A DNA stretch of 64,000 bases from Azolla caroliniana (lineage: Eukaryota > Plantae > Polypodiophyta), in contig JBHGNT010000082.1 of assembly GCA_043228905.1 (NCBI GenBank), positions 1-64,000 on the forward strand, in the 5' to 3' direction. The translations under genes and the position numbers were made by a program. Shown piece after piece: positions 15,001 to 29,640 of this stretch (the stretch's first letter is position 1; each line of letters begins with the position of its first letter). The notes below the pieces were generated by a model. The model did not search any database and was not told the DNA's origin. It saw nothing but the letters and a program-made list of their open reading frames with translations.

Positions 15001-18000
15001 TCTCCACTACCTCCTCAAATTTGCTAATTTCGTCATGTCTCTCGGGCTCAGTTTTAAAATTTTCAATTTTCAATTCAATATCATAGCTAGCGTTGTTAAC
15101 TTCGATTCGCATGTTTGAACACAGAAATCCGATATCACACAAGCCAGGTATGACCATTTTAATTTACTCACTGGCTCTTCTCAACTCCCTCCTCAAATAT
15201 GTTAATTTTTTCATGTCTCTCGAACTGAGTTTCAAAATCTCGATTTTTTAATTCTATATCATAGCTAGCCTTGTTAGCTTCGATTCGCATGTTTGAACAC
15301 AGAAATCCGATATTACACGAGCCAGGTGTGACCATTTTAATTTACTCACTCGCTCTTCTCAACTCCCTCCTCCAACATGCTAATTTCCTCATGTCTCTCG
15401 ACGTGAGTTTCAAAATCTTGATTTTTTAATTCTATATCAAAGCTGGCGTAGTTAGCTTCGATTCGCATGTTTGAACACAAAAATCCGATATCACACGAAC
15501 CAGGTACGACCATTTTAATTTACTCACTGGCTCTTCTCTACTCCCTCCTCAAATATGCTAATTTCCTCATGTCTCTCGAACTGAGTTTCAAAATCTCGAT
15601 TTTTTAATTCTATGTCATAGCTAACCTTGTTAGTTTCGATTCGCATGTTTGAACACAGAAATCCGATATCACACGAGCCAGGTGTGACCATTTTAATTTA
15701 CTCACTGGCTCTTCTCAACTCCCTCCTTAAATATGTTAATTTCGTCATGTCTCTCGACCTAAGTTTCAAAATCTTGATTTTTTAATTCTATATCATACCT
15801 AGCGTTGTTATCTTCGATTCGCATGTTTGAACACAAATATCCGATATCACACGTGCCAGGTATGAACATTTTAATTTACTGACGTACTCTTCTCCACTAC
15901 CTCCTCAAATTTGTTACTTTCCTCATGTCTCTCGGCCTCAGTTTTAAAATTATAATTTGTCAATTCAATATCATAGCTAGCATGGTTAACTTTGATTCGC
16001 ATGTTTGAACACAAAAATCTGATATCACACGAGCCAGGTATGAACATTTTAATTTCCTGACGCACTCTTCTCAACTCCCTCCTCAAATATGTTAATTTCA
16101 TCATGTCTCTCGACTTGAGTTTCAAAATCTTGATTTTTTAATTCTATATCATAGCTAGCGTTGTTAGCTTCGATTCGCATGTTTGAACACAGAAATCCGA
16201 TATCACACGTGCCAGGTATGAACATTTAAGTTTACTGACACATTCTTCTCCACTACCTCCAACATGCTAATTTCCTCATGTCTCTCAACGTGAGTTTCAA
16301 AATCTTGATTTTTTAATTCTATAGCAAAGCTAGCGTAGTTAGCTTCGATTCGCATGTTTGAACACAAAAATCCGATATCACACGAGCCAGGTATGACCAT
16401 TTTAATTTACTCACTGGCTCTTCTCTACTCCCTCCTCAAATATGCTAATTTCGTCATGTCTCTCGAACTGAGTTTCAAAATCTCGATTTTTTAATTCTAT
16501 GTCATAGCTAGCCTTGTTAGCTTCGATTCGCATGTTTGAACACAGAAATCCGATATCACACGAGCCAGGTATGACCATTTTAATTTACTCACTGGCTCTT
16601 CTCAACTCCTTCCTTAAATATGTTAATTTCGTCATGTCTCTCGACCTGAGTTTCAAAATCTCGATTTTTTAATTCTATATCATACCTAGCGTTGTTATCT
16701 TCGATTCGCATGTTTGAACACAAATATCCGATATCACACGTGCCAGGTATGAACATTTTAATTTACTGACGTACTCTTCTCCAATACCTCCTCAAATTTG
16801 TTACTTTCCTCATGTCTCTCGGCCTCAGTTTTAAAATTATAATTTGTCAATTCAATATCATAGCTAGCATGGTTAACTTTGATTCGCATGTTTGAACACA
16901 AAAATCTGATATCACACGAGCCAGGTATGAACATTTTAATTTCCTGACGCACTCTTCTCCACTCCCTCCTCAAATATGTTAATTTCGTCATGTCTCTCGA
17001 CTTGAGTTTCAAAATCTTGATTTTTTAATTCTATATCATAGCTAGCGTTGTTAGCTTCGATTCGCATGTTTGAACACAGAAATCCGATATCACACGTGCC
17101 AGGTATGAACATTTAAGTTTACTGACACACTCTTCTCCACTACCTCCAACATGCTAATTTCCTCATGTCTCTCAACGTGAGTTTCAAAATCTTGATTTTT
17201 TAATTCTATAGCAAAGCTAGCGTAGTTAGCTTCGATTCGCATGTTTGAACACAAAAATCCGATATCACACGAGCCAGGTATGACCATTTTAATTTACTCA
17301 CTGGCTCTTCTCTACTCCCTCCTCAAATATGCTAATTTCCTCATGTCTCTCGAACTGAGTTTCAAAATCTCGATTTTTTAATTCTATGTCATAGCTAGCC
17401 TTGTTAACTTCGATTCGCATGTTTGAACACAGAAATCCGATATCACACGAGCCAGGTATGACCATTTTAATTTACTCACTGGCTCTTCTCAACTCCCTCC
17501 TCAAATATGTTAATTTTTTCATGTCTCTCGAACTGAGTTTCAAAATCTCGATTTTTTAATTCTATATCATAGCTAGCCTTGTTAGCTTCGATTCGCATGT
17601 TTGAACACAGAAATCCGATATCACACGAGCCAGGTATGACCATTTTAATTTACTCACACGCTCTTCTCAACGCCCTCCTCAAATATGCTAATTTCGTCAT
17701 GTCTCTCGACCTGAGTTTCAAAATCTCGATTTTTTAATTCTATATCATAGCTAGCTTTGTTAGCTTCGGTTCGCATGTTTGAACACAAAAATCCGATATC
17801 ACACGAGCCAGGTATGATTATTTTAATTTACTCACTGGCTCTTCTCCACTCCCTCCTCAAATATGCGAATTTCCTCATGTCTCTTGACCTGAGTTTCAAA
17901 ATCTCGATTTTTTAATTCTATGTCATAGCTAGCCTTGTTAGCTTCGATTCGCATGTTTGAACACCGAAATCCGATATCACACGAGCCACGTATGACCATT

Positions 18001-21000
18001 TTAATTTACTGACGCACTCTTCTCCACTACCTCCTCAAATTTGCTAATTTCGTCATGTCTCTTGGCCTCAGTTTTAAAATTATGAATTTTCAATTCAATA
18101 TCATAGCTAGCGTTGTTAGCTTCGATTCGCATGTTTGAACACAGAAATCCGATATCACACGTGCCAGGTATGAACATTTAAGTTTACTGACACACTCTTC
18201 TCCACTACCTCCAACATGCTAATTTCCTCATGTCTCTCAACGTGAGTTTCAAAATCTTGATTTTTTAATTCTATAGCAAAGCTAGCGTAGTTAGCTTCGA
18301 TTCGCATGTTTGAACACAAAAATCCGATATCACACGAGCCAGGTATGAACATTTTAATTTACTCACTGGCTCTTCTCAACTCCCTCCTTAAATATGTTAA
18401 TTTCGTCATGTCTCTCGACCTAAGTTTCAAAATCTCGATTTTTTAATTCTATATCATACCTAGCGTTGTTATTTTCGATTCGCATGTTTGAACACAAATA
18501 TCCGATATCACACGTGCCAGGTATGAACATTTTAATTTACTGACGTACTCTTCTCCACTACCTCCTCAAATTTGTTACTTTCCTCATGTCTCTCGGCCTC
18601 AGTTTTAAAATTATAATTTGTCAATTCAATATCATAGCTAGCATGGTTAACTTTGATTCGCATGTTTGAACACAAAAATCTGATATCACACGAGCCAGGT
18701 ATGAACATTTTAATTTCCTGACGCACTCTTCTCCACTCCCTCCTCAAATGTGTTAATTTCGTCATGTCTCTCGACCTGAGTTTCAAAATCTTGATTTTTT
18801 AATTCTATATCATAGTTAGCGTTGTTAGCTTCGATTCGCATGTTTGAACACAGAAATCCGATATCACACGTGCCAGGTATGAACATTTAAGTTTACTGAC
18901 ACACTCTTCTCCACTACCTCCAACATGCTAATTTCCTCATGTCTCTCAACGTGAGTTTCAAAATCTTGATTTTTTAATTCTATAGCAAAGCTAGCGTAGT
19001 TAGCTTCGATTCGCATGTTTGAACACAAAAATCCGATATCACACGAGCCAGGTATGACCATTTTAATTTACTCACTGGCTCTTCTCTACTCCCTCCTCAA
19101 ATATGCTAATTTCCTCATGTCTCTCGAACTGAGTTTCAAAATCTCGATTTTTTAATTCTATGTCATAGCTAGCCTTGTTAACTTCGATTCGCATGTTTGA
19201 ACACAGAAATCCGATATCACACGAGCCAGGTATGACCATATTAATTTACTCACTGGCTCTTCTCAACTCCCTCCTCAAATATGTTAATTTTTTCATGTCT
19301 CTCGAACTGAGTTTCAAAATCTCGATTTTTTAATTCTATATCATAGCTAGCCTTGTTAGCTTCGATTCGCATGTTTGAACACAGAAATCCGATATCACAC
19401 GAGCCAGGTATGACCATTTTAATTTACTCACACGCTCTTCTCAACGCCCTCCTCAAATATGCTAATTTCGTCATGTCTCTCGACCTGAGTTTCAAAATCT
19501 CGATTTTTTAATTCTATATCATAGCTAGCTTTTTTAGCTTCGATTCGCATGTTTGAACACAAAAATCCGATATCACACGAGCCAGGTATGACTATTTTAA
19601 TTTACTCACTGGCTCTTCTCCACTCCCTCCTGAAATATGCGAATTTCCTCATGTCTCTGGACCTGAGTTTCAAAATCTCGATTTTTTAATTCTATGTCAT
19701 AGCTAGCCTTGTTAGCTTCGATTCGCATGTTTGAACACAGAAATCCGATATCACACGAGCCACGTATGACCATTTTAATTTACTTACGCACTCTTCTCCA
19801 CTACCTCCTCAAATTTGCTAATTTCGTGATGTCTCTCGGGCTCAGTTTTAAAATTTTCAATTTTCAATTCAATATCATAGCTAGCGTTGTTAACTTCGAT
19901 TCGCATGTTTGAACACAGAAATCCGATATCACACAAGCCAGGTATGACCATTTTAATTTACTCACTGGCTCTTCTCAACTCCCTCCTCAAATATGTTAAT
20001 TTTTTCATGTCTCTCGAACTGAGTTTCAAAATCTCGATTTTTTAATTCTATGTCATAGCTAGCCTTGTTAGCTTCGATTCACATGTTTGAACACCGAAAT
20101 CCGATATCACACGAGCCACGTATGACCATTTTAATTTACTGACGCACTCTTCTCCACTACCTCCTCAAATTTGCTAATTTCGTCATGTCTCTCGCCCTCA
20201 ATTTTAAAATTATGAATTTTCAATTCAATATCATAGCTAGCGTTGTTAACTTCGATTCGCATGTTTGAACACAGAAATCCGATATCACACGAGCCAGGTA
20301 TGACCATTTTAATTTACTCACTGGCTCTTCTCAACTCCCTCCTCAAATATGTTAATTTTTTCATGTCTCTCGAACTGAGTTTCAAAATCTCTATTTTTTA
20401 ATTCTATATCATAGCTAGCCTTGTTAGCTTCGATTCGCATGTTTGAACACAGAAATCCGATATCACACGAGCCAGGTATGACCATTTTAATTTACTCACA
20501 CGCTCTTCTCAACGCCCTCCTCAAATATGCTAATTTCGTCATGTCTCTCGACCTGAGTTTCAAAATCTCGATTTTTTAATTCTATATCATAGCTAGCTTT
20601 TTTAGCTTCGATTCGCATGTTTGAACACAAAAATCCGATATCACACGAGCCAGGTATGACTATTTTAATTTACTCACTGGCTCTTCTCCACTCCCTCCTG
20701 AAATATGCGAATTTCCTCATGTCTCTGGACCTGAGTTTCAAAATCTCGATTTTTTAATTCTATGTCATAGCTAGCCTTGTTAGCTTCGATTCGCATATTT
20801 GAACACAGAAATCCGATATCACACGAGCCACGTATGACCATTTTAATTTACTGACGCACTCTTCTCCACTACCTCCTCAAATTTGCTAATTTCGTCATGT
20901 CTCTCGGGCTCAGTTTTAAAATTTTCAATTTTCAATTCAATATCATAGCTAGCCTTGTTAGCTTCGATTCGCATGTTTGAACACAGAAATCCGATATCAC

Positions 21001-24000
21001 ACGAGCCAGGTATGACCATTTTAATTTACTCACACGCTCTTCTCAACGCCCTCCTCAAATATGCTAATTTCGTCATGTCTCTCGACCTGAGTTTCAAAAT
21101 CTCGATTTTTTAATTCTATATCATAGCTAGCTTTGTTAGCTTCGGTTCGCATGTTTGAACACAAAAATCCGATATCACACGAGCCAGGTATGATTATTTT
21201 AATTTACTCACTGGCTCTTCTCCACTCCCTCCTCAAATATGCGAATTTCCTCATGTCTCTTGACCTGAGTTTCAAAATCTCGATTTTTTAATTCTATGTC
21301 ATAGCTAGCCTTGTTAGCTTCGATTCGCATGTTTGAACACCGAAATCCGATATCACACGAGCCACGTATGACCATTTTAATTTACTGACGCACTCTTCTC
21401 CACTACCTCCTCAAATTTGCTAATTTCGTCATGTCTCTTGGCCTCAGTTTTAAAATTATGAATTTTCAATTCAATATCATAGCTAGCGTTGTTAGCTTCG
21501 ATTCGCATGTTTGAACACAGAAATCCGATATCACACGTGCCAGGTATGAACATTTAAGTTTACTGACACACTCTTCTCCAATACCTCCTCAAATTTGTTA
21601 CTTTCCTCATGTCTCTCGGCCTCAGTTTTAAAATTATAATTTGTCAATTCAATATCATAGCTAGCATGGTTAACTTTGATTCGCATGTTTGAACACAAAA
21701 ATCTGATATCACACGAGCCAGGTATGAACATTTTAATTTCCTGACGCACTCTTCTCCACTCCCTCCTCAAATATGTTAATTTCGTCATGTCTCTCGACTT
21801 GAGTTTCAAAATCTTGATTTTTTAATTCTATATCATAGCTAGCGTTGTTAGCTTCGATTCGCATGTTTGAACACAGAAATCCGATATCACACGTGCCAGG
21901 TATGAACATTTAAGTTTACTGACACACTCTTCTCCACTACCTCCAACATGCTAATTTCCTCATGTCTCTCAACGTGAGTTTCAAAATCTTGATTTTTTAA
22001 TTCTATAGCAAAGCTAGCGTAGTTAGCTTCGATTCGCATGTTTGAACACAAAAATCCGATATCACACGAGCCAGGTATGACCATTTTAATTTACTCACTG
22101 GCTCTTCTCTACTCCCTCCTCAAATATGCTAATTTCCTCATGTCTCTCGAACTGAGTTTCAAAATCTCGATTTTTTAATTCTATGTCATAGCTAGCCTTG
22201 TTAACTTCGATTCGCATGTTTGAACACAGAAATCCGATATCACACGAGCCAGGTATGACCATTTTAATTTACTCACTGGCTCTTCTCAACTCCCTCCTCA
22301 AATATGTTAATTTTTTCATGTCTCTCGAACTGAGTTTCAAAATCTCGATTTTTTAATTCTATATCATAGCTAGCCTTGTTAGCTTCGATTCGCATGTTTG
22401 AACACAGAAATCCGATATCACACGAGCCAGGTATGACCATTTTAATTTACTCACACGCTCTTCTCAACGCCCTCCTCAAATATGCTAATTTCGTCATGTC
22501 TCTCGACCTGAGTTTCAAAATCTCGATTTTTTAATTCTATATCATAGCTAGCTTTGTTAGCTTCGGTTCGCATGTTTGAACACAAAAATCCGATATCACA
22601 CGAGCCAGGTATGATTATTTTAATTTACTCACTGGCTCTTCTCCACTCCCTCCTCAAATATGCGAATTTCCTCATGTCTCTTGACCTGAGTTTCAAAATC
22701 TCGATTTTTTAATTCTATGTCATAGCTAGCCTTGTTAGCTTCGATTCGCATGTTTGAACACCGAAATCCGATATCACACGAGCCACGTATGACCATTTTA
22801 ATTTACTGACGCACTCTTCTCCACTACCTCCTCAAATTTGCTAATTTCGTCATGTCTCTTGGCCTCAGTTTTAAAATTATGAATTTTCAATTCAATATCA
22901 TAGCTAGCGTTGTTAGCTTCGATTCGCATGTTTGAACACAGAAATCCGATATCACACGTGCCAGGTATGAACATTTAAGTTTACTGACACACTCTTCTCC
23001 ACTACCTCCAACATGCTAATTTCCTCATGTCTCTCAACGTGAGTTTCAAAATCTTGATTTTTTAATTCTATAGCAAAGCTAGCGTAGTTAGCTTCGATTC
23101 GCATGTTTGAACACAAAAATCCGATATCACACGAGCCAGGTATGAACATTTTAATTTACTCACTGGCTCTTCTCAACTCCCTCCTTAAATATGTTAATTT
23201 CGTCATGTCTCTCGACCTAAGTTTCAAAATCTCGATTTTTTAATTCTATATCATACCTAGCGTTGTTATTTTCGATTCGCATGTTTGAACACAAATATCC
23301 GATATCACACGTGCCAGGTATGAACATTTTAATTTACTGACGTACTCTTCTCCACTACCTCCTCAAATTTGTTACTTTCCTCATGTCTCTCGGCCTCAGT
23401 TTTAAAATTATAATTTGTCAATTCAATATCATAGCTAGCATGGTTAACTTTGATTCGCATGTTTGAACACAAAAATCTGATATCACACGAGCCAGGTATG
23501 AACATTTTAATTTCCTGACGCACTCTTCTCCACTCCCTCCTCAAATGTGTTAATTTCGTCATGTCTCTCGACCTGAGTTTCAAAATCTCGATTTTTTAAT
23601 TCTATATCATAGCTAGCGTTGTTAGCTTCGATTCGCATGTTTGAACACAGAAATCCGATATCACACGTGCCAGGTATGAACATTTAAGTTTACTGACACA
23701 CTCTTCTCCACTACCTCCAACATGCTAATTTCCTCATGTCTCTCAACGTGAGTTTCAAAATCTTGATTTTTTAATTCTATAGCAAAGCTAGCGTAGTTAG
23801 CTTCGATTCGCATGTTTGAACACAAAAATCCGATATCACACGAGCCAGGTATGACCATTTTAATTTACTCACTGGCTCTTCTCTACTCCCTCCTCAAATA
23901 TGCTAATTTCCTCATGTCTCTCGAACTGAGTTTCAAAATCTCGATTTTTTAATTCTATGTCATAGCTAGCCTTGTTAACTTCGATTCGCATGTTTGAACA

Positions 24001-27000
24001 CAGAAATCCGATATCACACGAGCCAGGTATGACCATATTAATTTACTCACTGGCTCTTCTCAACTCCCTCCTCAAATATGTTAATTTTTTCATGTCTCTC
24101 GAACTGAGTTTCAAAATCTCGATTTTTTAATTCTATATCATAGCTAGCCTTGTTAGCTTCGATTCGCATGTTTGAACACAGAAATCCGATATCACACGAG
24201 CCAGGTATGACCATTTTAATTTACTCACACGCTCTTCTCAACGCCCTCCTCAAATATGCTAATTTCGTCATGTCTCTCGACCTGAGTTTCAAAATCTCGA
24301 TTTTTTAATTCTATATCATAGCTAGCTTTTTTAGCTTCGATTCGCATGTTTGAACACAAAAATCCGATATCACACGAGCCAGGTATGACTATTTTAATTT
24401 ACTCACTGGCTCTTCTCCACTCCCTCCTGAAATATGCGAATTTCCTCATGTCTCTGGACCTGAGTTTCAAAATCTCGATTTTTTAATTCTATGTCATAGC
24501 TAGCCTTGTTAGCTTCGATTCGCATGTTTGAACACAGAAATCCGATATCACACGTGCCAGGTATGAACATTTAAGTTTACTGACACACTCTTCTCCACTA
24601 CCTCCAACATGCTAATTTCCTCATGTCTCTCAACGTGAGTTTCAAAATCTTGATTTTTTAATTCTATAGCAAAGCTAGCGTAGTTAGCTTCGATTCGCAT
24701 GTTTGAACACAAAAATCCGATATCACACGAGCCAGGTATGAACATTTTAATTTACTCACTGGCTCTTCTCAACTCCCTCCTTAAATATGTTAATTTCGTC
24801 ATGTCTCTCGACCTAAGTTTCAAAATCTCGATTTTTTAATTCTATATCATACCTAGCGTTGTTATTTTCGATTCGCATGTTTGAACACAAATATCCGATA
24901 TCACACGTGCCAGGTATGAACATTTTAATTTACTGACGTACTCTTCTCCACTACCTCCTCAAATTTGTTACTTTCCTCATGTCTCTCGGCCTCAGTTTTA
25001 AAATTATAATTTGTCAATTCAATATCATAGCTAGCATGGTTAACTTTGATTCGCATGTTTGAACACAAAAATCTGATATCACACGAGCCAGGTATGAACA
25101 TTTTAATTTCCTGACGCACTCTTCTCCACTCCCTCCTCAAATGTGTTAATTTCGTCATGTCTCTCGACCTGAGTTTCAAAATCTTGATTTTTTAATTCTA
25201 TATCATAGCTAGCGTTGTTAGCTTCGATTCGCATGTTTGAACACAGAAATCCGATATCACACGTGCCAGGTATGAACATTTAAGTTTACTGACACACTCT
25301 TCTCCACTACCTCCAACATGCTAATTTCCTCATGTCTCTCAACGTGAGTTTCAAAATCTTGATTTTTTAATTCTATAGCAAAGCTAGCGTAGTTAGCTTC
25401 GATTCGCATGTTTGAACACAAAAATCCGATATCACACGAGCCAGGTATGACCATTTTAATTTACTCACTGGCTCTTCTCTACTCCCTCCTCAAATATGCT
25501 AATTTCCTCATGTCTCTCGAACTGAGTTTCAAAATCTCGATTTTTTAATTCTATGTCATAGCTAGCCTTGTTAACTTCGATTCGCATGTTTGAACACAGA
25601 AATCCGATATCACACGAGCCAGGTATGACCATATTAATTTACTCACTGGCTCTTCTCAACTCCCTCCTCAAATATGTTAATTTTTTCATGTCTCTCGAAC
25701 TGAGTTTCAAAATCTCGATTTTTTAATTCTATATCATAGCTAGCCTTGTTAGCTTCGATTCGCATGTTTGAACACAGAAATCCGATATCACACGAGCCAG
25801 GTATGACCATTTTAATTTACTCACACGCTCTTCTCAACGCCCTCCTCAAATATGCTAATTTCGTCATGTCTCTCGACCTGAGTTTCAAAATCTCGATTTT
25901 TTAATTCTATATCATAGCTAGCTTTTTTAGCTTCGATTCGCATGTTTGAACACAAAAATCCGATATCACACGAGCCAGGTATGACTATTTTAATTTACTC
26001 ACTGGCTCTTCTCCACTCCCTCCTGAAATATGCGAATTTCCTCATGTCTCTGGACCTGAGTTTCAAAATCTCGATTTTTTAATTCTATGTCATAGCTAGC
26101 CTTGTTAGCTTCGATTCGCATGTTTGAACACAGAAATCCGATATCACACGAGCCACGTATGACCATTTTAATTTACTTACGCACTCTTCTCCACTACCTC
26201 CTCAAATTTGCTAATTTCGTGATGTCTCTCGGGCTCAGTTTTAAAATTTTCAATTTTCAATTCAATATCATAGCTAGCGTTGTTAACTTCGATTCGCATG
26301 TTTGAACACAGAAATCCGATATCACACAAGCCAGGTATGACCATTTTAATTTACTCACTGGCTCTTCTCAACTCCCTCCTCAAATATGTTAATTTTTTCA
26401 TGTCTCTCGAACTGAGTTTCAAAATCTCGATTTTTTAATTCTATGTCATAGCTAGCCTTGTTAGCTTCGATTCACATGTTTGAACACCGAAATCCGATAT
26501 CACACGAGCCACGTATGACCATTTTAATTTACTGACGCACTCTTCTCCACTACCTCCTCAAATTTGCTAATTTCGTCATGTCTCTCGCCCTCAATTTTAA
26601 AATTATGAATTTTCAATTCAATATCATAGCTAGCGTTGTTAACTTCGATTCGCATGTTTGAACACAGAAATCCGATATCACACGAGCCAGGTATGACCAT
26701 TTTAATTTACTCACTGGCTCTTCTCAACTCCCTCCTCAAATATGTTAATTTTTTCATGTCTCTCGAACTGAGTTTCAAAATCTCTATTTTTTAATTCTAT
26801 ATCATAGCTAGCCTTGTTAGCTTCGATTCGCATGTTTGAACACAGAAATCCGATATCACACGAGCCAGGTATGACCATTTTAATTTACTCACACGCTCTT
26901 CTCAACGCCCTCCTCAAATATGCTAATTTCGTCATGTCTCTCGACCTGAGTTTCAAAATCTCGATTTTTTAATTCTATATCATAGCTAGCTTTTTTAGCT

Positions 27001-29640
27001 TCGATTCGCATGTTTGAACACAAAAATCCGATATCACACGAGCCAGGTATGACTATTTTAATTTACTCACTGGCTCTTCTCCACTCCCTCCTGAAATATG
27101 CGAATTTCCTCATGTCTCTGGACCTGAGTTTCAAAATCTCGATTTTTTAATTCTATGTCATAGCTAGCCTTGTTAGCTTCGATTCGCATATTTGAACACA
27201 GAAATCCGATATCACACGAGCCACGTATGACCATTTTAATTTACTGACGCACTCTTCTCCACTACCTCCTCAAATTTGCTAATTTCGTCATGTCTCTCGG
27301 GCTCAGTTTTAAAATTTTCAATTTTCAATTCAATATCATAGCTAGCGTTGTTAACTTCGATTCGCATGTTTGAACACAGAAATCCGATATCACACAAGCC
27401 AGGTATGACCATTTTAATTTACTCACTGGCTCTTCTCAACTCCCTCCTCCAACATGCTAATTTCCTCATGTCTCTCGACGTGAGTTTCAAAATCTTGATT
27501 TTTTAATTGTATATCAAAGCTGGCGTAGTTAGCTTCGATTCGCATGTTTGAACACAAAAATCCGATATCACACGAACCAGGTATGACCATTTTAATTTAC
27601 TCACTGGCTCTTCTCTACTCCCTCCTCAAATATGCTAATTTCCTCATGTCTCTCGAACTGAGTTTCAAAATCTCGATTTTTTAATTCTATGTCATAGCTA
27701 ACCTTGTTAGCTTCGATTCGCATGTTTGAACACAGAAATCCGATATCACACGAGCCAGGTATGACCATTTTAATTTACTCACTGGCTCTTCTCAACTCCC
27801 TCCTTAAATATGTTAATTTCGTCATGTCTCTCGACCTAAGTTTCAAAATCTTGATTTTTTAATTCTATATCATACCTAGCGTTGTTATCTTCGATTCGCA
27901 TGTTTGAACACAAATATCCGATATCACACGTGCCAGGTATGAACATTTTAATTTACTGACGCACTCTTCTCCACTACCTCCTCAAATTTGTTACTTTCCT
28001 CATGTCTCTCGGCCTCAGTTTTAAAATTATAATTTGTCAATTCAATATCATAGCTAGCATGGTTAACTTTGATTCGCATGTTTGAACACAAAAATCTGAT
28101 ATCACACGAGCCAGGTATGAACATTTTAATTTCCTGACGCACTCTTCTCCACTCCCTCCTCAAATATGTTAATTTCGTCATGTCTCTCGACTTGAGTTTC
28201 AAAATCTTGATTTTTTAATTCTATATCATAGCTAGCGTTGTTAGCTTCGATTCGCATGTTTGAACACAGAAATCCGATATCACACGTGCCAGGTATGAAC
28301 ATTTAAGTTTACTGACACACTCTTCTCCACTACCTCCAACATGCTAATTTCCTCATGTCTCTCAACGTGAGTTTCAAAATCTTGATTTTTTAATTCTATA
28401 GCAAAGCTAGCGTAGTTAGCTTCGATTCGCATGTTTGAACACAAAAATCCGATATCACACGAGCCAGGTATGAACATTTTAATTTACTCACTGGCTCTTC
28501 TCAACTCCCTCCTTAAATATGTTAATTTCGTCATGTCTCTCGACCTAAGTTTCAAAATCTCGATTTTTTAATTCTATATCATACCTAGCGTTGTTATCTT
28601 CGATTCGCATGTTTGAACACAAATATCCGATATCACACGTGCCAGGTATGAACATTTTAATTTACTGACGTACTCTTCTCCACTACCTCCTCAAATTTGT
28701 TACTTTCCTCATGTCTCTCGGCCTCAGTTTTAAAATTATAATTTGTCAATTCAATATCATAGCTAGCATGGTTAACTTTGATTCGCATGTTTGAACACAA
28801 AAATCTGAAATCACACGAGCCAGGTATGAACATTTTAATTTCCTGACGCACTCTTCTCCACTCCCTCCTCAAATGTGTTAATTTCGTCATGTCTCTCGAC
28901 CTGAGTTTCAAAATCTTGATTTTTTAATTCTATATCATACCTAGCGTTGTTATCTTCGATTCGCATGTTTGAACACAAATATCCGATATCACACGTGCCA
29001 GGTATGAACATTTTAATTTACTGACGTACTCTTCTCCAATACCTCCTCAAATTTGTTACTTTCCTCATGTCTCTCGGCCTCAGTTTTAAAATTATAATTT
29101 GTCAATTCAATATCATAGCTAGCATGGTTAACTTTGATTCGCATGTTTGAACACAAAAATCTGATATCACACGAGCCAGGTATGAACATTTTAATTTCCT
29201 GACGCACTCTTCTCCACTCCCTCCTCAAATATGTTAATTTCGTCATGTCTCTCGACTTGAGTTTCAAAATCTTGATTTTTTAATTCTATATCATAGCTAG
29301 CGTTGTTAGCTTCGATTCGCATGTTTGAACACAGAAATCCGATATCACACGTGCCAGGTATGAACATTTAAGTTTACTGACACACTCTTCTCCACTACCT
29401 CCAACATGCTAATTTCCTCATGTCTCTCAACGTGAGTTTCAAAATCTTGATTTTTTAATTCTATAGCAAAGCTAGCGTAGTTAGCTTCGATTCGCATGTT
29501 TGAACACAAAAATCCGATATCACACGAGCCAGGTATGACCATTTTAATTTACTCACTGGCTCTTCTCTACTCCCTCCTCAAATATGCTAATTTCCTCATG
29601 TCTCTCGAACTGAGTTTCAAAATCTCGATTTTTTAATTCT
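1..29640 (+). repeat. Homogeneous HOR domain with 25 copies of a 175-bp monomer and variable HOR unit length
   Basis: The 175-bp monomer (TTTAAGTTTACTGACACACTCTTCTCCACTACCTCCAACATG) is tagged by the 65-aa pseudo-ORFs at 937...29345. Spacings of 531, 709, 887, 1065, 1955 and 3023 bp correspond to 3, 4, 5, 6, 11 and 17 monomers. Confidence 0.9.

Noticed and set aside
937-29542. Dozens of repeated 65-aa and 84-aa minus-strand ORFs that look like a tandem gene family
   Set aside because: They are translations of satellite monomers that exceed the length cut-off only when a variant removes a stop. No recognisable domain; useful only as variant markers.
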